From Methylophilaceae bacterium (lineage in GTDB: Bacteria > Pseudomonadota > Gammaproteobacteria > Burkholderiales > Methylophilaceae), in contig JBJXDT010000095.1 of the NCBI GenBank assembly GCA_046153505.1, positions 1 to 61,512 on the forward strand: a DNA stretch of 61,512 bases. Reading direction: 5' to 3'. Of this stretch, positions 19,021-30,445 are shown in pieces; the first letter of the stretch is position 1; each line of letters begins with the position of its first letter. The notes beneath the pieces were generated by a model. The model did no database searches and had not been told where the DNA came from. It saw nothing but the letters and a program-made list of their open reading frames with translations. Position numbers and translations under genes: made by a program.

Positions 19021-19987
19021 AGCTCATCAAACGCTCATACCTTGTTGCCAAAAGTTTGTCTGTGGATTTCTTCTGCAAACTCAATATATTATCTTTTAAT
19101 GCACGATGTACCGACTCTATTGCTGCTACTGGGTTACGATGAGCTCCACCAAGTGGTTCTGAAACGATTAAATCCACCAATCCCAAGGCTTTTAATCTAT
19201 CAGCAGTAATCGCTAACGTTTCTGCAGCTTCTGGGGCTTTGCTTGCGCTTTTCCACAAGATAGAAGCACATCCTTCTGGTGAAATGACAGAATAGGTTGA
19301 ATATTGCAACATGATGAGTTGGTCAACCACGCCCAATGCAAGTGCGCCTCCCGAGCCTCCTTCGCCAATAATCACGCCTATAATAGGTGTTTTAAGCTCG
19401 CTCATTACATACAGATTTCTTGCAATCGCCTCGCTTTGGCCGCGCTCTTCAGCACCAATGCCAGGATAGGCGCCAGGCGTATCAATAAGCGTGATAATGG
19501 GTAACTTAAATTTTTCAGCCATGCGGAATAGTCGCAAGGCTTTTCGATACCCTTCTGGGCGGGGCATACCAAAATTGCGGTATTGACGCTCTTTCACGTC
19601 GCGCCCCTTTTGATGCCCAATCACCATGACAGGTATATCATCCAAGCGCCCAATACCGCCTACAATAGCTGGGTCGTCAGAGTATGCACGGTCGCCGTGT
19701 AACTCTTCAAAATCGGTAAACAAATGTTTAATATAATCTAAAGTGTAAGGCCGTTGCGGGTGTCGTGCCACTTGAGATATTTGCCAAGCAGTGAGCTTTT
19801 GATAGGTTTCCTCTAGCAGCTTTTGGTTCTTTACCTGCAACTGCTGCAACTCTTTAGAGATGTCTAAATCATCGTGTTCGTCATGCGATACTTGAAGTGC
19901 CTCTATACGCTTTTCAAGCTCGGCAATGCTTTGCTCAAAATCCAAATAACTCACTTTTGCATCAGTCGCTCTTCTTAAACTCATCAT
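18992..19987 (-). CDS. accA: Acetyl-CoA carboxylase carboxyltransferase alpha subunit
   Basis: [59 protein letters not shown] and PLGGAHRN. Confidence 0.96.
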   Translation of the reverse strand: MMSLRRATDAKVSYLDFEQSIAELEKRIEALQVSHDEHDDLDISKELQQLQVKNQKLLEETYQKLTAWQISQVARHPQRPYTLDYIKHLFTDFEELHGDRAYSDDPAIVGGIGRLDDIPVMVIGHQKGRDVKERQYRNFGMPRPEGYRKALRLFRMAEKFKLPIITLIDTPGAYPGIGAEERGQSEAIARNLYVMSELKTPIIGVIIGEGGSGGALALGVVDQLIMLQYSTYSVISPEGCASILWKSASKAPEAAETLAITADRLKALGLVDLIVSEPLGGAHRNPVAAIESVHRALKDNILSLQKKSTDKLLATRYERLMSYGKFKEASK

Positions 19988-20008
19988 CTCACCAATTAAC
20001 TAATTACA

Positions 20009-23000
20009 TTAATTATAAAGGATTTTTACGTTTTCTTCTGAAAGCCAAGCCTGCAAATGATGGATTAAATCATCTTGTAACTCCACACGCCATTTATCGC
20101 CCAACATTAAACTGGCCTGACCTTGCGCATTATGGTATTCAATTTTAACCGGACACATCTTTTTATCGCCACTTTTAGTGCGATATGGGCTTAAAATCGT
20201 CGTCAATTTGCCTGCGTCGGATTGCCCATTACAAGAAATTTTGAGCATGCTGGCATACGCACTGCGCGCCGATGGCAAATCGTATAATTTTCTTGCGCTG
20301 ACACGAATGCCGCCAGAAAAGTCATCGTTACTCACTTTACCTTCAATCACCAACAGCTGGTCCTCTTTAATTAACTGTGCGTGCTGGTTTAACAACTCAC
20401 TACCCACCACCACTTCAGTGCGCGCAATGGCGTCATCTAGGGTTACTATCGCCATTTTGCCGCGCTGCGTCATGCGCACGCGCACACCCATCACCACGCC
20501 AGCAATCAGTTTGGGCTGTTCTTGGGGCGCCAAGTCCGCAAGTGTGCCGCGGACAAATTGTGCAATTTCTGCTTTATAACTTAAAAATGGATGTCCGCTA
20601 AAATAAAAACCTAGCGCGGCTTTTTCTTCCAATAAAGTTTGCTCAGGCGACCATGCGGGCACTTGGGGCAAGGTGTGTTGGTTAGAACTGCTTTCGCCAA
20701 ACAAACTATTCTGCCCCGCATGGCTGTTGGCTTGCTCGGCAGCCGCAACCGCTAGCCCCACACCCGCGAGTAGCGCTGCGCGATTTGGCTCTAGCTTATC
20801 AAACGCACCAGCACGAATCAGCGATTCAATCACGCGGCGATTGACCTTGCGCAAATCTAAACGTGCACAAAAATCAAACAAATCAGTAAATGGGCCATCT
20901 TGCTCGCGCGCCGCTAAAATCAGCTCTATCGCTGCCAAACCAGTACCCTTAACAGCGCCTAGACCGTAAACAATTTCTTTATTATTTAATGGCTTAAACT
21001 GAAACTCACTATGATTAATATCAGGCGGTAACACTTCCACATTATTGGGCGCGCAGTCATCAAAAAAGATATGCATATTGTCGGTATTGTTCATATCCGC
21101 CGACATGGTTGCAGCTAAAAATGCAGCCGGATAATGTGCTTTTAAATACGCCGTTTGATAGGCTACCAGCGCATAGGCTGCAGCGTGTGATTTATTAAAA
21201 CCGTAGCCAGCAAACTTCTCTAACAAATCAAACAATTCTTTAGCTTGCCGCTCGTTCAGGCCATTCTTTTGTGCACCTTCAGTAAAAGTGGCGCGCTGCG
21301 CGTCCATTTCTTCTTGTTTCTTTTTACCCATGGCGCGACGTAACAAATCAGCGCCACCTAGACTATAACCCGCGACCACCTGCGCGATTTGCATGACCTG
21401 TTCTTGGTAAACTGCAATACCGTATGTTTCTTTAAGAATACTTTCTGTTGAAGGGTGTGGATACTCTACGCGCTGTTGGCCGTGCTTGCGACGGCAATAG
21501 TCTGGAATCAAATCCATCGGGCCAGGGCGATACAAAGCAACCAAGGCGATAATATCCTCAAAGCAATCGGGTTTTGCCTGCTTTAGCATGTCTTTCATAC
21601 CGCGCGACTCTAGCTGGAATACGGCGGTCGTATTAGCTTTTTTAAGTAACGCAAAAGTCGCCTTGTCATCCAGAGGCAATGTGTCCAAACGCAAGGCTTG
21701 AAGCGCCTCCTGAGCACGTTGTCTATTCGCATTGTTTATCGCCAAATTCAAAATAGTAAGCGTGCGCAAGCCCAAAAAGTCAAACTTAACCAAACCAACC
21801 GCTTCAACATCATCTTTGTCGTATTGGCTGACCAAACTGGCGCCATCAGGCTGGCAATAAATAGGGGAGAAATCTGAGATTTTACCAGGCGCAATCAGCA
21901 CCCCACCCGCATGCATACCTACATTGCGCACCAAGCCTTCCAAACGAAGAGCAAGCTCAAGCAACTCAGCAACTTCTTCTTCTTTTTCACGACGCTCGGC
22001 AAGCTGCGGTTCTTTTATAAGTGCGTCTTTAAGGGTAATGCCGAGCTCAAGCGGAATCAGTTTTGCAATGCCGTCTACAAAATTAAACGGTAAATCCAGA
22101 ACACGCCCAACATCGCGAATGACCGCCTTAGCCGCCATGGTACCGAAAGTCGCAATCTGCGAAACCGAATCTAAGCCATACTTTTGCTTAACGTAATCAA
22201 TGACGCGGTCACGACCTTCCTGACAAAAGTCAATGTCAAAGTCAGGCATAGATACGCGGTCTGGATTTAAAAAACGTTCGAAAAGCAAATTGTACTCAAG
22301 CGGATCCAAATCAGTAATGCCCAAGCTGTATGCTACTAAAGAACCAGCACCAGAGCCCCGGCCAGGACCCACAGGCACACCATTGTTTTTTGCCCAGTTA
22401 ATAAAATCGGCCACAATTAAGAAGTAACCTGCAAAACCCATTTGGTTGATAATTTTGCATTCAAAAGTTAGGCGGTCTTCGTAAGTTAGACGCTTGTTTT
22501 GTCGTATGACTTCATCAGGATAAAGTTGCGCTAAACGTGAATCTAACCCAATCATGGATTGTTGGGTTAAATAAACATCTAGGCTTTCTTGATTGGGCGT
22601 AGGGAAATCTGGTAAATAATTTTTGCCTAAAGTGAGCGTTAAATTACAGCGTTTAGCAATTTGCACAGTGTTGGCAAGCGCCTCGGGAATATCTGCAAAC
22701 AACGCTGCCATTTCCGTTTGGGATTTAAAATACTGCTGCCCAGTAAAGTTTTTTGGGCGACGACTATCCGCTAACATATAGCCCTCAGCAATGCAGGTAC
22801 GGGCTTCGTGCGCCTTAAAATCATCGGATTCGATAAACTGAATTGGGTGCGTCGCCACCACTGGCAAATCTAAACCTGTTGCTATATGAAGTGCATTTTG
22901 GATAAGCGCTTCTTGTTGTAAGGGTTTGCTGTCATCTGGTCGTTGTAGTTCGATATAAAAACGATTTGGAAAACGTGCTGACCATGTTTTAGCAAGGCTG

Positions 23001-23467
23001 GAGGCAGCATGGATATTGGCTTGCAGCGCAGAAGCTCCAATATCACTTTGCGCGTTACCTGAAAGCAGTATCAAGCCATCTGTACCCGCATCAAACCATT
23101 CTGGTTTAAGTTCCGCACGCCCACGATACTGATTCTCGAGATAAGCGCGACTTAGCAATTGGCATAACAGTAAGTAACCTGCGTGCGATTGCACCAACAG
23201 CAAAGCGCGGTGAGCTTGATCTCGATTTTTAGGATTTTCTAGCCAAATATCGCAGCCAATGAGTGGTTTAATACCGTTATCTCGCGTCGCTTTATAGAAC
23301 TTAATCGCGCCAAAAAGATTGCTTAAATCGGTGAGCGCCACTGCTGGCATGCCGTCCTGTTTGGCTCTAGCCACATAATCGTCAATGCGCACAATGCCAT
23401 CTACGATTGAATGCTCGCTATGGCAGCGCAGGTGAATAAAAGATAGGTTGTTGCCAGAATCTTGCAT
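20009..23467 (-). CDS. dnaE: DNA polymerase III alpha subunit
   Basis: 1152 aa with a PHP domain (FIHLRCHSEHS), GVPVGPGRGSGAGSLVAY, DIDFC, HAGGV, FNKSHAAAYA and an OB fold near the C-terminus. Confidence 0.97.
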   Translation of the reverse strand: MQDSGNNLSFIHLRCHSEHSIVDGIVRIDDYVARAKQDGMPAVALTDLSNLFGAIKFYKATRDNGIKPLIGCDIWLENPKNRDQAHRALLLVQSHAGYLLLCQLLSRAYLENQYRGRAELKPEWFDAGTDGLILLSGNAQSDIGASALQANIHAASSLAKTWSARFPNRFYIELQRPDDSKPLQQEALIQNALHIATGLDLPVVATHPIQFIESDDFKAHEARTCIAEGYMLADSRRPKNFTGQQYFKSQTEMAALFADIPEALANTVQIAKRCNLTLTLGKNYLPDFPTPNQESLDVYLTQQSMIGLDSRLAQLYPDEVIRQNKRLTYEDRLTFECKIINQMGFAGYFLIVADFINWAKNNGVPVGPGRGSGAGSLVAYSLGITDLDPLEYNLLFERFLNPDRVSMPDFDIDFCQEGRDRVIDYVKQKYGLDSVSQIATFGTMAAKAVIRDVGRVLDLPFNFVDGIAKLIPLELGITLKDALIKEPQLAERREKEEEVAELLELALRLEGLVRNVGMHAGGVLIAPGKISDFSPIYCQPDGASLVSQYDKDDVEAVGLVKFDFLGLRTLTILNLAINNANRQRAQEALQALRLDTLPLDDKATFALLKKANTTAVFQLESRGMKDMLKQAKPDCFEDIIALVALYRPGPMDLIPDYCRRKHGQQRVEYPHPSTESILKETYGIAVYQEQVMQIAQVVAGYSLGGADLLRRAMGKKKQEEMDAQRATFTEGAQKNGLNERQAKELFDLLEKFAGYGFNKSHAAAYALVAYQTAYLKAHYPAAFLAATMSADMNNTDNMHIFFDDCAPNNVEVLPPDINHSEFQFKPLNNKEIVYGLGAVKGTGLAAIELILAAREQDGPFTDLFDFCARLDLRKVNRRVIESLIRAGAFDKLEPNRAALLAGVGLAVAAAEQANSHAGQNSLFGESSSNQHTLPQVPAWSPEQTLLEEKAALGFYFSGHPFLSYKAEIAQFVRGTLADLAPQEQPKLIAGVVMGVRVRMTQRGKMAIVTLDDAIARTEVVVGSELLNQHAQLIKEDQLLVIEGKVSNDDFSGGIRVSARKLYDLPSARSAYASMLKISCNGQSDAGKLTTILSPYRTKSGDKKMCPVKIEYHNAQGQASLMLGDKWRVELQDDLIHHLQAWLSEENVKILYN

Positions 23468-23497
23468 GCAGATATTTTACCCGCAAAATCCAAGCTT

Positions 23498-23531
23498 AAA
23501 AAAAAAACCATGCTTTAAAACACGGTTTTTT
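23498..23531 (-). terminator. Intrinsic terminator closing the pil-chp operon
   Basis: The minus-strand RNA reads AACCGUG-UUUUAAAG-CAUGGUU (with one G.U pair) followed by U10. It lies 21 nt after the chpA stop, and the + strand side also carries T6. Confidence 0.75.
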
Positions 23532-23551
23532 GTTAAGTCTTTCTTTTCAAA

Positions 23552-26500
23552 TTACTTTTTAATTTGAAGCAATTCTTTCATCTTGCCGATGAGTTCTTCA
23601 TCTTGCACAGGTTTACCAAAGAATGCGTCTACGCCAATTTCTTTTGCTAATGTTTGGTGTTTGTCAGCAGTGCGCGAGCTAATCATAATAAGAGGCGTTT
23701 CTTTGGTGCGAACATCATCACGAATGTTTCGTGCTAGACCAAAACCATCCATTCTTGGCATCTCGATATCGGTAAGGATGATATCTGGTGTAGATTCCTG
23801 CAGCACCTGCATCGCATCCATCCCGTCTTTTGCCACAAGCACTTCATAACCTTCACGCTCTAGTAAGCGTCCAAGCACTTTGCGCATGGTGAGTGAGTCA
23901 TCCACCACCAGTGCGCGTACTTTCGTAACCACCTTAGCCGCGCTGCGTTTAACTGCTTTAACTGAGACATTACCCGCTGAAAGTATTTCGCGGTTAGCAA
24001 TTTGCACCGGATTTATAATCAACACAACGCTACCATCACCAGTAACTGTAGCGCCCACAATACCCGGCACACGGGCTAGCTGCATGCCTATTGGCTTCAT
24101 GACCACTTCCTGATTGCCAATCACCTCATCAATGTGTAGCGCAATGCTGTAAGTGCCGCTTCGAAGTAGCAATATCGAGGCATAAGCACTTTCTTCAACT
24201 TGATGATCTTGCTGGTGAAGTAGTTTTGCAAGGTGGTGTAAAGGATAGCGATTATCTGCCCAAAGCACTTCACCAGCATGATAAGCCACTATCAGATCTT
24301 TATATTTAATTTTTTGTGCCTGCTCAATCAGCGCTACTGGCACTGCATAAACATCGGCACCTGCGCGAACAAGCAGTGTTTGTGCCACCGATTGCGTCAC
24401 TGGTAAGTAAATATTAAACACTGCGCCTTTGCCATATTCGCTGGTTAAATCGACGCGGCCGCCCAAGCCGCTAATATCATTTCGCACCACATCTAAGCCA
24501 ACACCACGACCAGAAATTTGCGATAACTTTTCACTTGTAGAAAAACCTGGTTCAAAAATAACTGATAAAAGAGCTTGCTCGCTAACCACGGCGTCTGCAC
24601 CTAACAGTCTGTTTTTAATGGCGATTTCTTTAACTTTGTTTAGGTTGACACCTGCCCCATCGTCACTAACTGTAATGCGTATTTCATCATTCTGAACACG
24701 TAAATTTAGACGCACAGTACCTGCTTGTGGCTTACCGTGCATTTTACGTTCGCCTGGTAGCTCTATGCCATGCGCTACCGCGTTTCTGAGCAAATGTTCT
24801 AAAGGCGCCCCAAGCTTATCCAACACACTACGGTCAACTTCAACTTCTTCACCGACAATTTCTAATTCAGCAGATTTTTTAAGTTCACGCGCAGTTTGTC
24901 GCACAATGCGTTGCATACGGTCAACAATTTGCCTGAATGGCAACATGCGCACGCCCATTAAGCTTTGTTGCAAATCGCGATTCATTCGATTCTGTTGTTG
25001 TAATGCCGCTTCTGTTTGGTTTAAGTTGGATAGTAAACCACCTTGAATGGTGCCCACGTCATTAACGCTTTCAGCAATCATGCGGGTTAATTCTTGCAGG
25101 CGCGTAAAGCGGTCAAACTCAAGCGGGTCGAACGTTTCGTTAGTTTCTTGCAGCACGTTCATGCGCGATTGCATTTGTGTTTCCGCCTCAATTTCCAGCT
25201 CTCGCAAATAGCTGCGCAAGCGCACCAAGCTCTCGGTCAAATCATTTGATGATTGCTTAAAGCCAACCAACTCTCTGTCCATACGTGAGCGGATAATCGA
25301 AATTTCACCAGCTTCGTTAATCAGCCTATCCAAAGTATCAGCGCGCATGCGTAAAAATTGCGATTTTCGGTCTTTAACACGCCCAGAAACTTGCGGGTCG
25401 ACGTCATTCTTAGTTCTGTTAGTATCTTCAGGAACTTCATCCACTGTTTTTTCAAAGAAGCTACCGATTTTGTCTAGCTCAATGAACATATTTTCGAAAT
25501 CATCAGGCATAGGCGTCCGCTTGACCACACGCACCACTTGCGCCTCTAACCCGTGCGCAATATCACCAATAGCCACTTGGCCAGCCATTCGTGCACTACC
25601 TTTTAATGTGTGTAGCGAGCGCTGCATGGCTTCAGGATGTTTTTTGGTTTTAGGATTTGCACGCCAGGCACGCAACTCAGAGCCAATTTCTGGCAGTATC
25701 TCATTTGCCTCATCAATAAACATGGTGAGTAATTCTTGGTCTACATCTGTACTATCACGATTAAATTTCCTAGACTCTGTAACCAGTTTTAGTTCAAAAT
25801 CGGCCGTTTCAACTAAAGTTGGCTCAGCTTCAACTTCAGTTTCTAGAAGTGGCGCGTCTTCATAATCCACATCCAGCGCTTTGTTTTGTTTTGCTTGTTC
25901 TGTGGCTTCTTTTAGCACTTTAATCAGCGTCTTGGCAGCCCGAGGATTTTTAAACTCAGATATTTTTTGCCACATATTTGCAACGGTTTTAACGGTGTTA
26001 CCGTACAAATCTAAATGTTGCGCAGACCAATGACCCTTTGTTTCATCCAGCCAACTTTCCAGTGCACGACAGAGTTCACCCATTGCCAAAAATTCCGCCG
26101 CTAGCGCATTGCTGGCTAAAGTATGCACTGCGTGACGCGCTTCACGGGCTGGTTGCGTGGCTTTATCCTCAGCAAGTTTGGCTACATCCTGCTCTAGCTT
26201 GGTCAGATTTTGCATGCTTTCATTCAAGAATATGTCATACAGTGCGCGACTCAATTTGCGTGTGCCGCCAATTAAAATGTGTTGCTCTGCTTTTTTGCTT
26301 GGTATATTCGGCTCGTCTTGCTCGGTATCTAAATTCTCATTAGTCGAGCTAAGCGCAGCAACTTTTGCTAGCCAATATGACTGATGAATATAAACTTGGT
26401 CATTCGCCCGCAAGTCTGCAGCCCATGTAGCAAATGTGCCTGTAATTTCCTCTAGTTTTGTGATTTGTGTTACATCCAAACTGCCTTTTTTGTCTAAAAC

Positions 26501-28594
26501 GCCATTCAGAAAAGTTTCGACTTTTGCTGCCACCTCACCAATCCCAACCAAACCCACAGTTCTGCCACTACCTTTTAGTGTGTGATAGCTTCGTCTTAAC
26601 TCTACAAGCGCTTCACCGTCAGTATTGTTTACGCGCAAGGCTTGCAAGTTTTGCGCAATATGCGCCAACACCTCTTCTGCTTCTGTGAGATAAATGTCTA
26701 ATAATTCTGCATCGAAAGCTTGGTCAAGTTGCTTATCTTCATCATCAATCAAGCGTTCTTGTGGCTGATCAGAAATCGCTTCAGTGCCTTCTTGTTTAGG
26801 AGCAACCTTAGCTATTGGCGTTAAGTCTTGTTTTTCTTGTGGTATAACTTCTGCCCCAGCAGCATTCAGCGTGCTAATTAAGCGTGCAAGCGCTCCTTCT
26901 AGCGCATCCTCTGACTCTGGGCGCACCTTTGGCATTTCATCTGCATATAGACCAATCATGCTCAAGCTTTCAGCCAACAGTTCAAAATCTGACTGTTTAA
27001 CCTGATAACTATCTTCTTGAAAGTATTGAATAAAACGATTACTTTCATTTGCGATACTCATCGGTGTTGGCAAGCTAAGCATATCGAAAATGGCGGCGAT
27101 TTGCTTAATGGGTTTATGCGCCAAAGTCAGTGGTGATTTTTCATTTGGATTACGGAAGAAAGTATCGAGCGCTTGCTCAATTACTTTAAGTGACGCGTTA
27201 ATGTCTTTGACCACCGCATTCAAGGTATCACGGTCGAGTTCGCCTGTGCGCTCGCTCTCAAACTGGTCATAATTCAATCCAGAAGAAATCGCCTCTAAGC
27301 GTGTAATCTCCGAAAGCAAATTTTGCACACCATCGGCATCCAAATGTTCGTAATTAGTGTAAGCGCTATCCAGTATATGCAAAGCTGCAGCAATTTCGAT
27401 GAGTGCAGCGTGGTTTGCCTTGGTCTTATCATCACGCAAAATGCTGCTTGCTTGGTGCAAGGCAACATATAAATCAACCACAACCACTTGGCTTAATTGG
27501 TTCACTAAATCCTGATTACTCTGCAGCTTATCGGCAAACTTGGTTATGAGCACATTATCCAAATTGACCAAAGTAACATCTGCTTCTACATCCACTTTAT
27601 CGAAATCAATGCTGTTGGAGACTTCATCCCAAATCTCGCGCAAGATTTCCAGCTCCGATTTTAATTGCTCAATAATTTTGAGTTCATTGGCATCCACCAT
27701 CGCAGCATTTACGCGAACAGTAGATTTTTTATCGACATACTCATCAAGCTCAAATACTTCCTTTACTCTTTGAACCGTAGCTTTATCAATTTCACTAATC
27801 GCAACAAAATACAAAATATCGCGCAATAGGTTCGTATGTGGTTTATCGAGGCCTTCTGCAAGTTGTTTCAGTTCTTGGTCTAGCTTCCTGCAAAGCCTCT
27901 TGGCTGCTGGGTTGTCGGCAATTGCTGGCAGCTCTAAAGTTTCAGTAAAAGCGCTGGCGGCCCACCACAACGTTTTTGTCCTGTTTTTATGCTGGGCGAA
28001 ACTCACATTGCTAATCGCCTCATACATACTATCCACCGCGCTGCTTTGCTTGGTTTGTAGCCAGGTTAGCAATGATTTTTGATATTGCTGACGTTGTTCA
28101 ATAATGAATTTTGCGTAATCTGTATCGCTAAACTCTTTGCTCGGCACATCCTTAGGCGCGCCGTTGCTTGTGTCTGGAAAGAATAATTCACTTTCATCAA
28201 GCGTTTCACCTTGCACAGCCATAATTGGATTAAGCACTGAATGTAGGCGTAGCGGAATATCTGGCGCGCCATTAAGCAATTCTTGAATGTAATATTTGAG
28301 GGTTTTAACCGCCTTAGTAAAGGCGTCCACCATTTCAGACGTAGCGGCGAGTGATTTACTTTCTAGCTTAGAGGCGAGCTTTTCCAATTCGGTACAAAAA
28401 CGCTTACAACCAACTAAGCCCACCATATCCAAAGCACCACTGACTTGGTAAAGATAAGTGCGCGAAAAACGCAACACCTCAGTTTCGCTGAGATTGCTCT
28501 GCACGCTAGCTAGATTCTCAAGCACAGAGTCAAGTGATTGATTTATCTCATCTTTCACCCATGTTAACGGGCCTATGTCAAAATTTTCTGGCAC
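23552..28594 (-). CDS. chpA: ChpA/PilL-type multi-Hpt CheA-like hybrid histidine kinase of the type IV pilus chemosensory system
   Basis: 1680 aa starting at GTG. The N-terminal Hpt-like module lacks a His (YLYQVSGALDMVGL). Three His-containing Hpt motifs occur: RSYHTLKGSG (aa ~671), AVHTLASNA (aa ~824) and SLHTLKGSA (aa ~995). These are followed by a dimerisation/HATPase region (GRGVGLDVV), a CheW-like domain and a C-terminal REC (VVDDS...DIILTDIEMPRMDG). Confidence 0.93.
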   Translation of the reverse strand: MPENFDIGPLTWVKDEINQSLDSVLENLASVQSNLSETEVLRFSRTYLYQVSGALDMVGLVGCKRFCTELEKLASKLESKSLAATSEMVDAFTKAVKTLKYYIQELLNGAPDIPLRLHSVLNPIMAVQGETLDESELFFPDTSNGAPKDVPSKEFSDTDYAKFIIEQRQQYQKSLLTWLQTKQSSAVDSMYEAISNVSFAQHKNRTKTLWWAASAFTETLELPAIADNPAAKRLCRKLDQELKQLAEGLDKPHTNLLRDILYFVAISEIDKATVQRVKEVFELDEYVDKKSTVRVNAAMVDANELKIIEQLKSELEILREIWDEVSNSIDFDKVDVEADVTLVNLDNVLITKFADKLQSNQDLVNQLSQVVVVDLYVALHQASSILRDDKTKANHAALIEIAAALHILDSAYTNYEHLDADGVQNLLSEITRLEAISSGLNYDQFESERTGELDRDTLNAVVKDINASLKVIEQALDTFFRNPNEKSPLTLAHKPIKQIAAIFDMLSLPTPMSIANESNRFIQYFQEDSYQVKQSDFELLAESLSMIGLYADEMPKVRPESEDALEGALARLISTLNAAGAEVIPQEKQDLTPIAKVAPKQEGTEAISDQPQERLIDDEDKQLDQAFDAELLDIYLTEAEEVLAHIAQNLQALRVNNTDGEALVELRRSYHTLKGSGRTVGLVGIGEVAAKVETFLNGVLDKKGSLDVTQITKLEEITGTFATWAADLRANDQVYIHQSYWLAKVAALSSTNENLDTEQDEPNIPSKKAEQHILIGGTRKLSRALYDIFLNESMQNLTKLEQDVAKLAEDKATQPAREARHAVHTLASNALAAEFLAMGELCRALESWLDETKGHWSAQHLDLYGNTVKTVANMWQKISEFKNPRAAKTLIKVLKEATEQAKQNKALDVDYEDAPLLETEVEAEPTLVETADFELKLVTESRKFNRDSTDVDQELLTMFIDEANEILPEIGSELRAWRANPKTKKHPEAMQRSLHTLKGSARMAGQVAIGDIAHGLEAQVVRVVKRTPMPDDFENMFIELDKIGSFFEKTVDEVPEDTNRTKNDVDPQVSGRVKDRKSQFLRMRADTLDRLINEAGEISIIRSRMDRELVGFKQSSNDLTESLVRLRSYLRELEIEAETQMQSRMNVLQETNETFDPLEFDRFTRLQELTRMIAESVNDVGTIQGGLLSNLNQTEAALQQQNRMNRDLQQSLMGVRMLPFRQIVDRMQRIVRQTARELKKSAELEIVGEEVEVDRSVLDKLGAPLEHLLRNAVAHGIELPGERKMHGKPQAGTVRLNLRVQNDEIRITVSDDGAGVNLNKVKEIAIKNRLLGADAVVSEQALLSVIFEPGFSTSEKLSQISGRGVGLDVVRNDISGLGGRVDLTSEYGKGAVFNIYLPVTQSVAQTLLVRAGADVYAVPVALIEQAQKIKYKDLIVAYHAGEVLWADNRYPLHHLAKLLHQQDHQVEESAYASILLLRSGTYSIALHIDEVIGNQEVVMKPIGMQLARVPGIVGATVTGDGSVVLIINPVQIANREILSAGNVSVKAVKRSAAKVVTKVRALVVDDSLTMRKVLGRLLEREGYEVLVAKDGMDAMQVLQESTPDIILTDIEMPRMDGFGLARNIRDDVRTKETPLIMISSRTADKHQTLAKEIGVDAFFGKPVQDEELIGKMKELLQIKK

Positions 28595-28627
28595 CTAAAT
28601 CAAACTCCAAATTTAGCTTAGTAAAAA

Positions 28628-30358
28628 TTATGACAATTTAAATCCGGCAACCGAATGACGTAACTCAGCTGCCAGCGTTGTTAACTGCCCTACGGAATCT
28701 GCTGTTTGTTTAGTACCCTGCGTTGTCATTGAGGTAATTTCCTGAATATCCTGCATGTTTTTGGTCACTTGCGAAGCTGCATTCGTCTGCGCCTCGGTTG
28801 CTGCCGAAATCGACTGAATCAAGCGCGCCAAGTTGTTGGTAACTGTTTCAATTTCTGTCAGCGCCTGACCAGCGGCGTCAGACAGTTTTGCCCCTTCCAC
28901 CACACCTTCGGTAGATTTCTCCATCGCTGCCACCGCACTGTTCGTATCGGTCTGAATCGTCTTCACAATCGCGCTAATCTGTTTCGTCGCTTCAGATGAG
29001 CGTTCTGCTAGACGTTGCACCTCTTCCGCAACCACCGTAAAGCCGCGTCCTGCTTCACCTGCAGAGGCCGCTTGGATTGCGGCGTTCAACGCCAGAATAT
29101 TAGTTTGCTCAGTAATATCAGAAATCAGCTCCACAATTTCACCAATCTCTTGCGAGCTTTCGCCCAATCGTTTAATTCGTTTTGATGTTTCTTGAATCTG
29201 CTCACGAATGCCGTTCATACCCGCAATGGTATTTTGCACCGCTTGCGAACCTTGAGAAGCCGCTTGTAATGAGCGCTGCGCCACTTGTGCAGCCTGGTTC
29301 GCATTGGTCGCAACTTGCTGAATTGAAGTCGACATCCCATTTACAGCTTGCGTCGTATCTGCAATTTGTTGCGATTGCATTTCTGCCGCTTCTAGCAACG
29401 CAACTGAGGTACTTTGCGCAGCACCTGTTGCTGTATTCACCTGCTCTGATGCTCGGTTAATTTCCGTCACCACACTTCTCAAGCTTTCAATCGTATAGTT
29501 AATCGAGTCTGCGATCGCGCCAGTAATGTTTTCTTTCACTTGCGCCTGTACGGTTAAATCACCTTCAGACAAGTCACCCATTTCATCGAGTAAATCTAGA
29601 ACTGCAAGTTGGTTCTTTTGCCCGTCTTCTTCCAGCAAACGCATTGCACTTGCTGTTGCAGTGGCTTGACGCTTACCAAACAGATAAATAGCCACAGCAA
29701 TAAGCAAGGCCAGCAAACCTAAACCTATTAAGAAGAAACTCAACAAATTGTTTGTTTTGTTGACGGTTTCTTTTGAAATTTCTTCCAGCTTAAGCGACAA
29801 AGAAACCGTCACATCGTGACTCACCCCATAAGCGCGCTCCAAACTAATTAGGCCTGTTAATGCAGTTGTTGTGTCCACCTCCTTAACTGAAGGTAAAAAC
29901 TCTTTGTGATAGATATTAAAAAAGTTCTTGCCTGCAGCAGCAACAGCCTTGTAGGAACCCTGCAATTCTTTTGGTAAATCAGTCGAATCCCAACGCGCCG
30001 TTGACTGATTAAAAGCTTCCTCAAGCTTTATGATGTCTTTCTGGCTTTTTACCAAGCGCACCGAATCTCCAGACTGTAATGACGTATAGATTTCCTGCAC
30101 TTTTGCAAAAGGCTCAACCATAAACAAAGGTGGCGGCAACATATCAGCGCGCAGGTCATCGGCTGTTTTAATTTGATTAAACAAAGGCCCATTAACCCGC
30201 ACTTGCTGAATAGCGTAGAAAGCCCCTAGCACGAACAATAGCAAACCTAAAATTGGGCCAATAACCTGCCCCAATCCAGCAACGCCACTCGAGGTGGTAG
30301 CCGAGCCCGAAAACATCGATGTAAATTTGCTTACTAATTCTTTCATATTTAGCGCCAT
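28628..30358 (-). CDS. pilJ: Methyl-accepting chemotaxis protein PilJ
   Basis: Two TM helices flank a periplasmic domain, and the MCP signalling hairpin reads [38 protein letters not shown]. It lies between pilI and chpA. Confidence 0.9.
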   Translation of the reverse strand: MALNMKELVSKFTSMFSGSATTSSGVAGLGQVIGPILGLLLFVLGAFYAIQQVRVNGPLFNQIKTADDLRADMLPPPLFMVEPFAKVQEIYTSLQSGDSVRLVKSQKDIIKLEEAFNQSTARWDSTDLPKELQGSYKAVAAAGKNFFNIYHKEFLPSVKEVDTTTALTGLISLERAYGVSHDVTVSLSLKLEEISKETVNKTNNLLSFFLIGLGLLALLIAVAIYLFGKRQATATASAMRLLEEDGQKNQLAVLDLLDEMGDLSEGDLTVQAQVKENITGAIADSINYTIESLRSVVTEINRASEQVNTATGAAQSTSVALLEAAEMQSQQIADTTQAVNGMSTSIQQVATNANQAAQVAQRSLQAASQGSQAVQNTIAGMNGIREQIQETSKRIKRLGESSQEIGEIVELISDITEQTNILALNAAIQAASAGEAGRGFTVVAEEVQRLAERSSEATKQISAIVKTIQTDTNSAVAAMEKSTEGVVEGAKLSDAAGQALTEIETVTNNLARLIQSISAATEAQTNAASQVTKNMQDIQEITSMTTQGTKQTADSVGQLTTLAAELRHSVAGFKLS

Positions 30359-30445
30359 GCTAATTCCTTTAACTCATTATCTTTAACTATTATGTTAAAT
30401 ATTAAGTCGTTGTTTAAACATCGATTAAATTTCATTTTTATTTTA

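Noticed and set aside
25347-25865. A 172-aa + strand ORF and several other 60-100-aa + strand ORFs (23583..28082) antisense to chpA.
   Set aside because: All are Ser/Thr/Cys-rich shadow frames within a well-supported 1680-aa gene. None has a ribosome-binding site or a recognisable domain.
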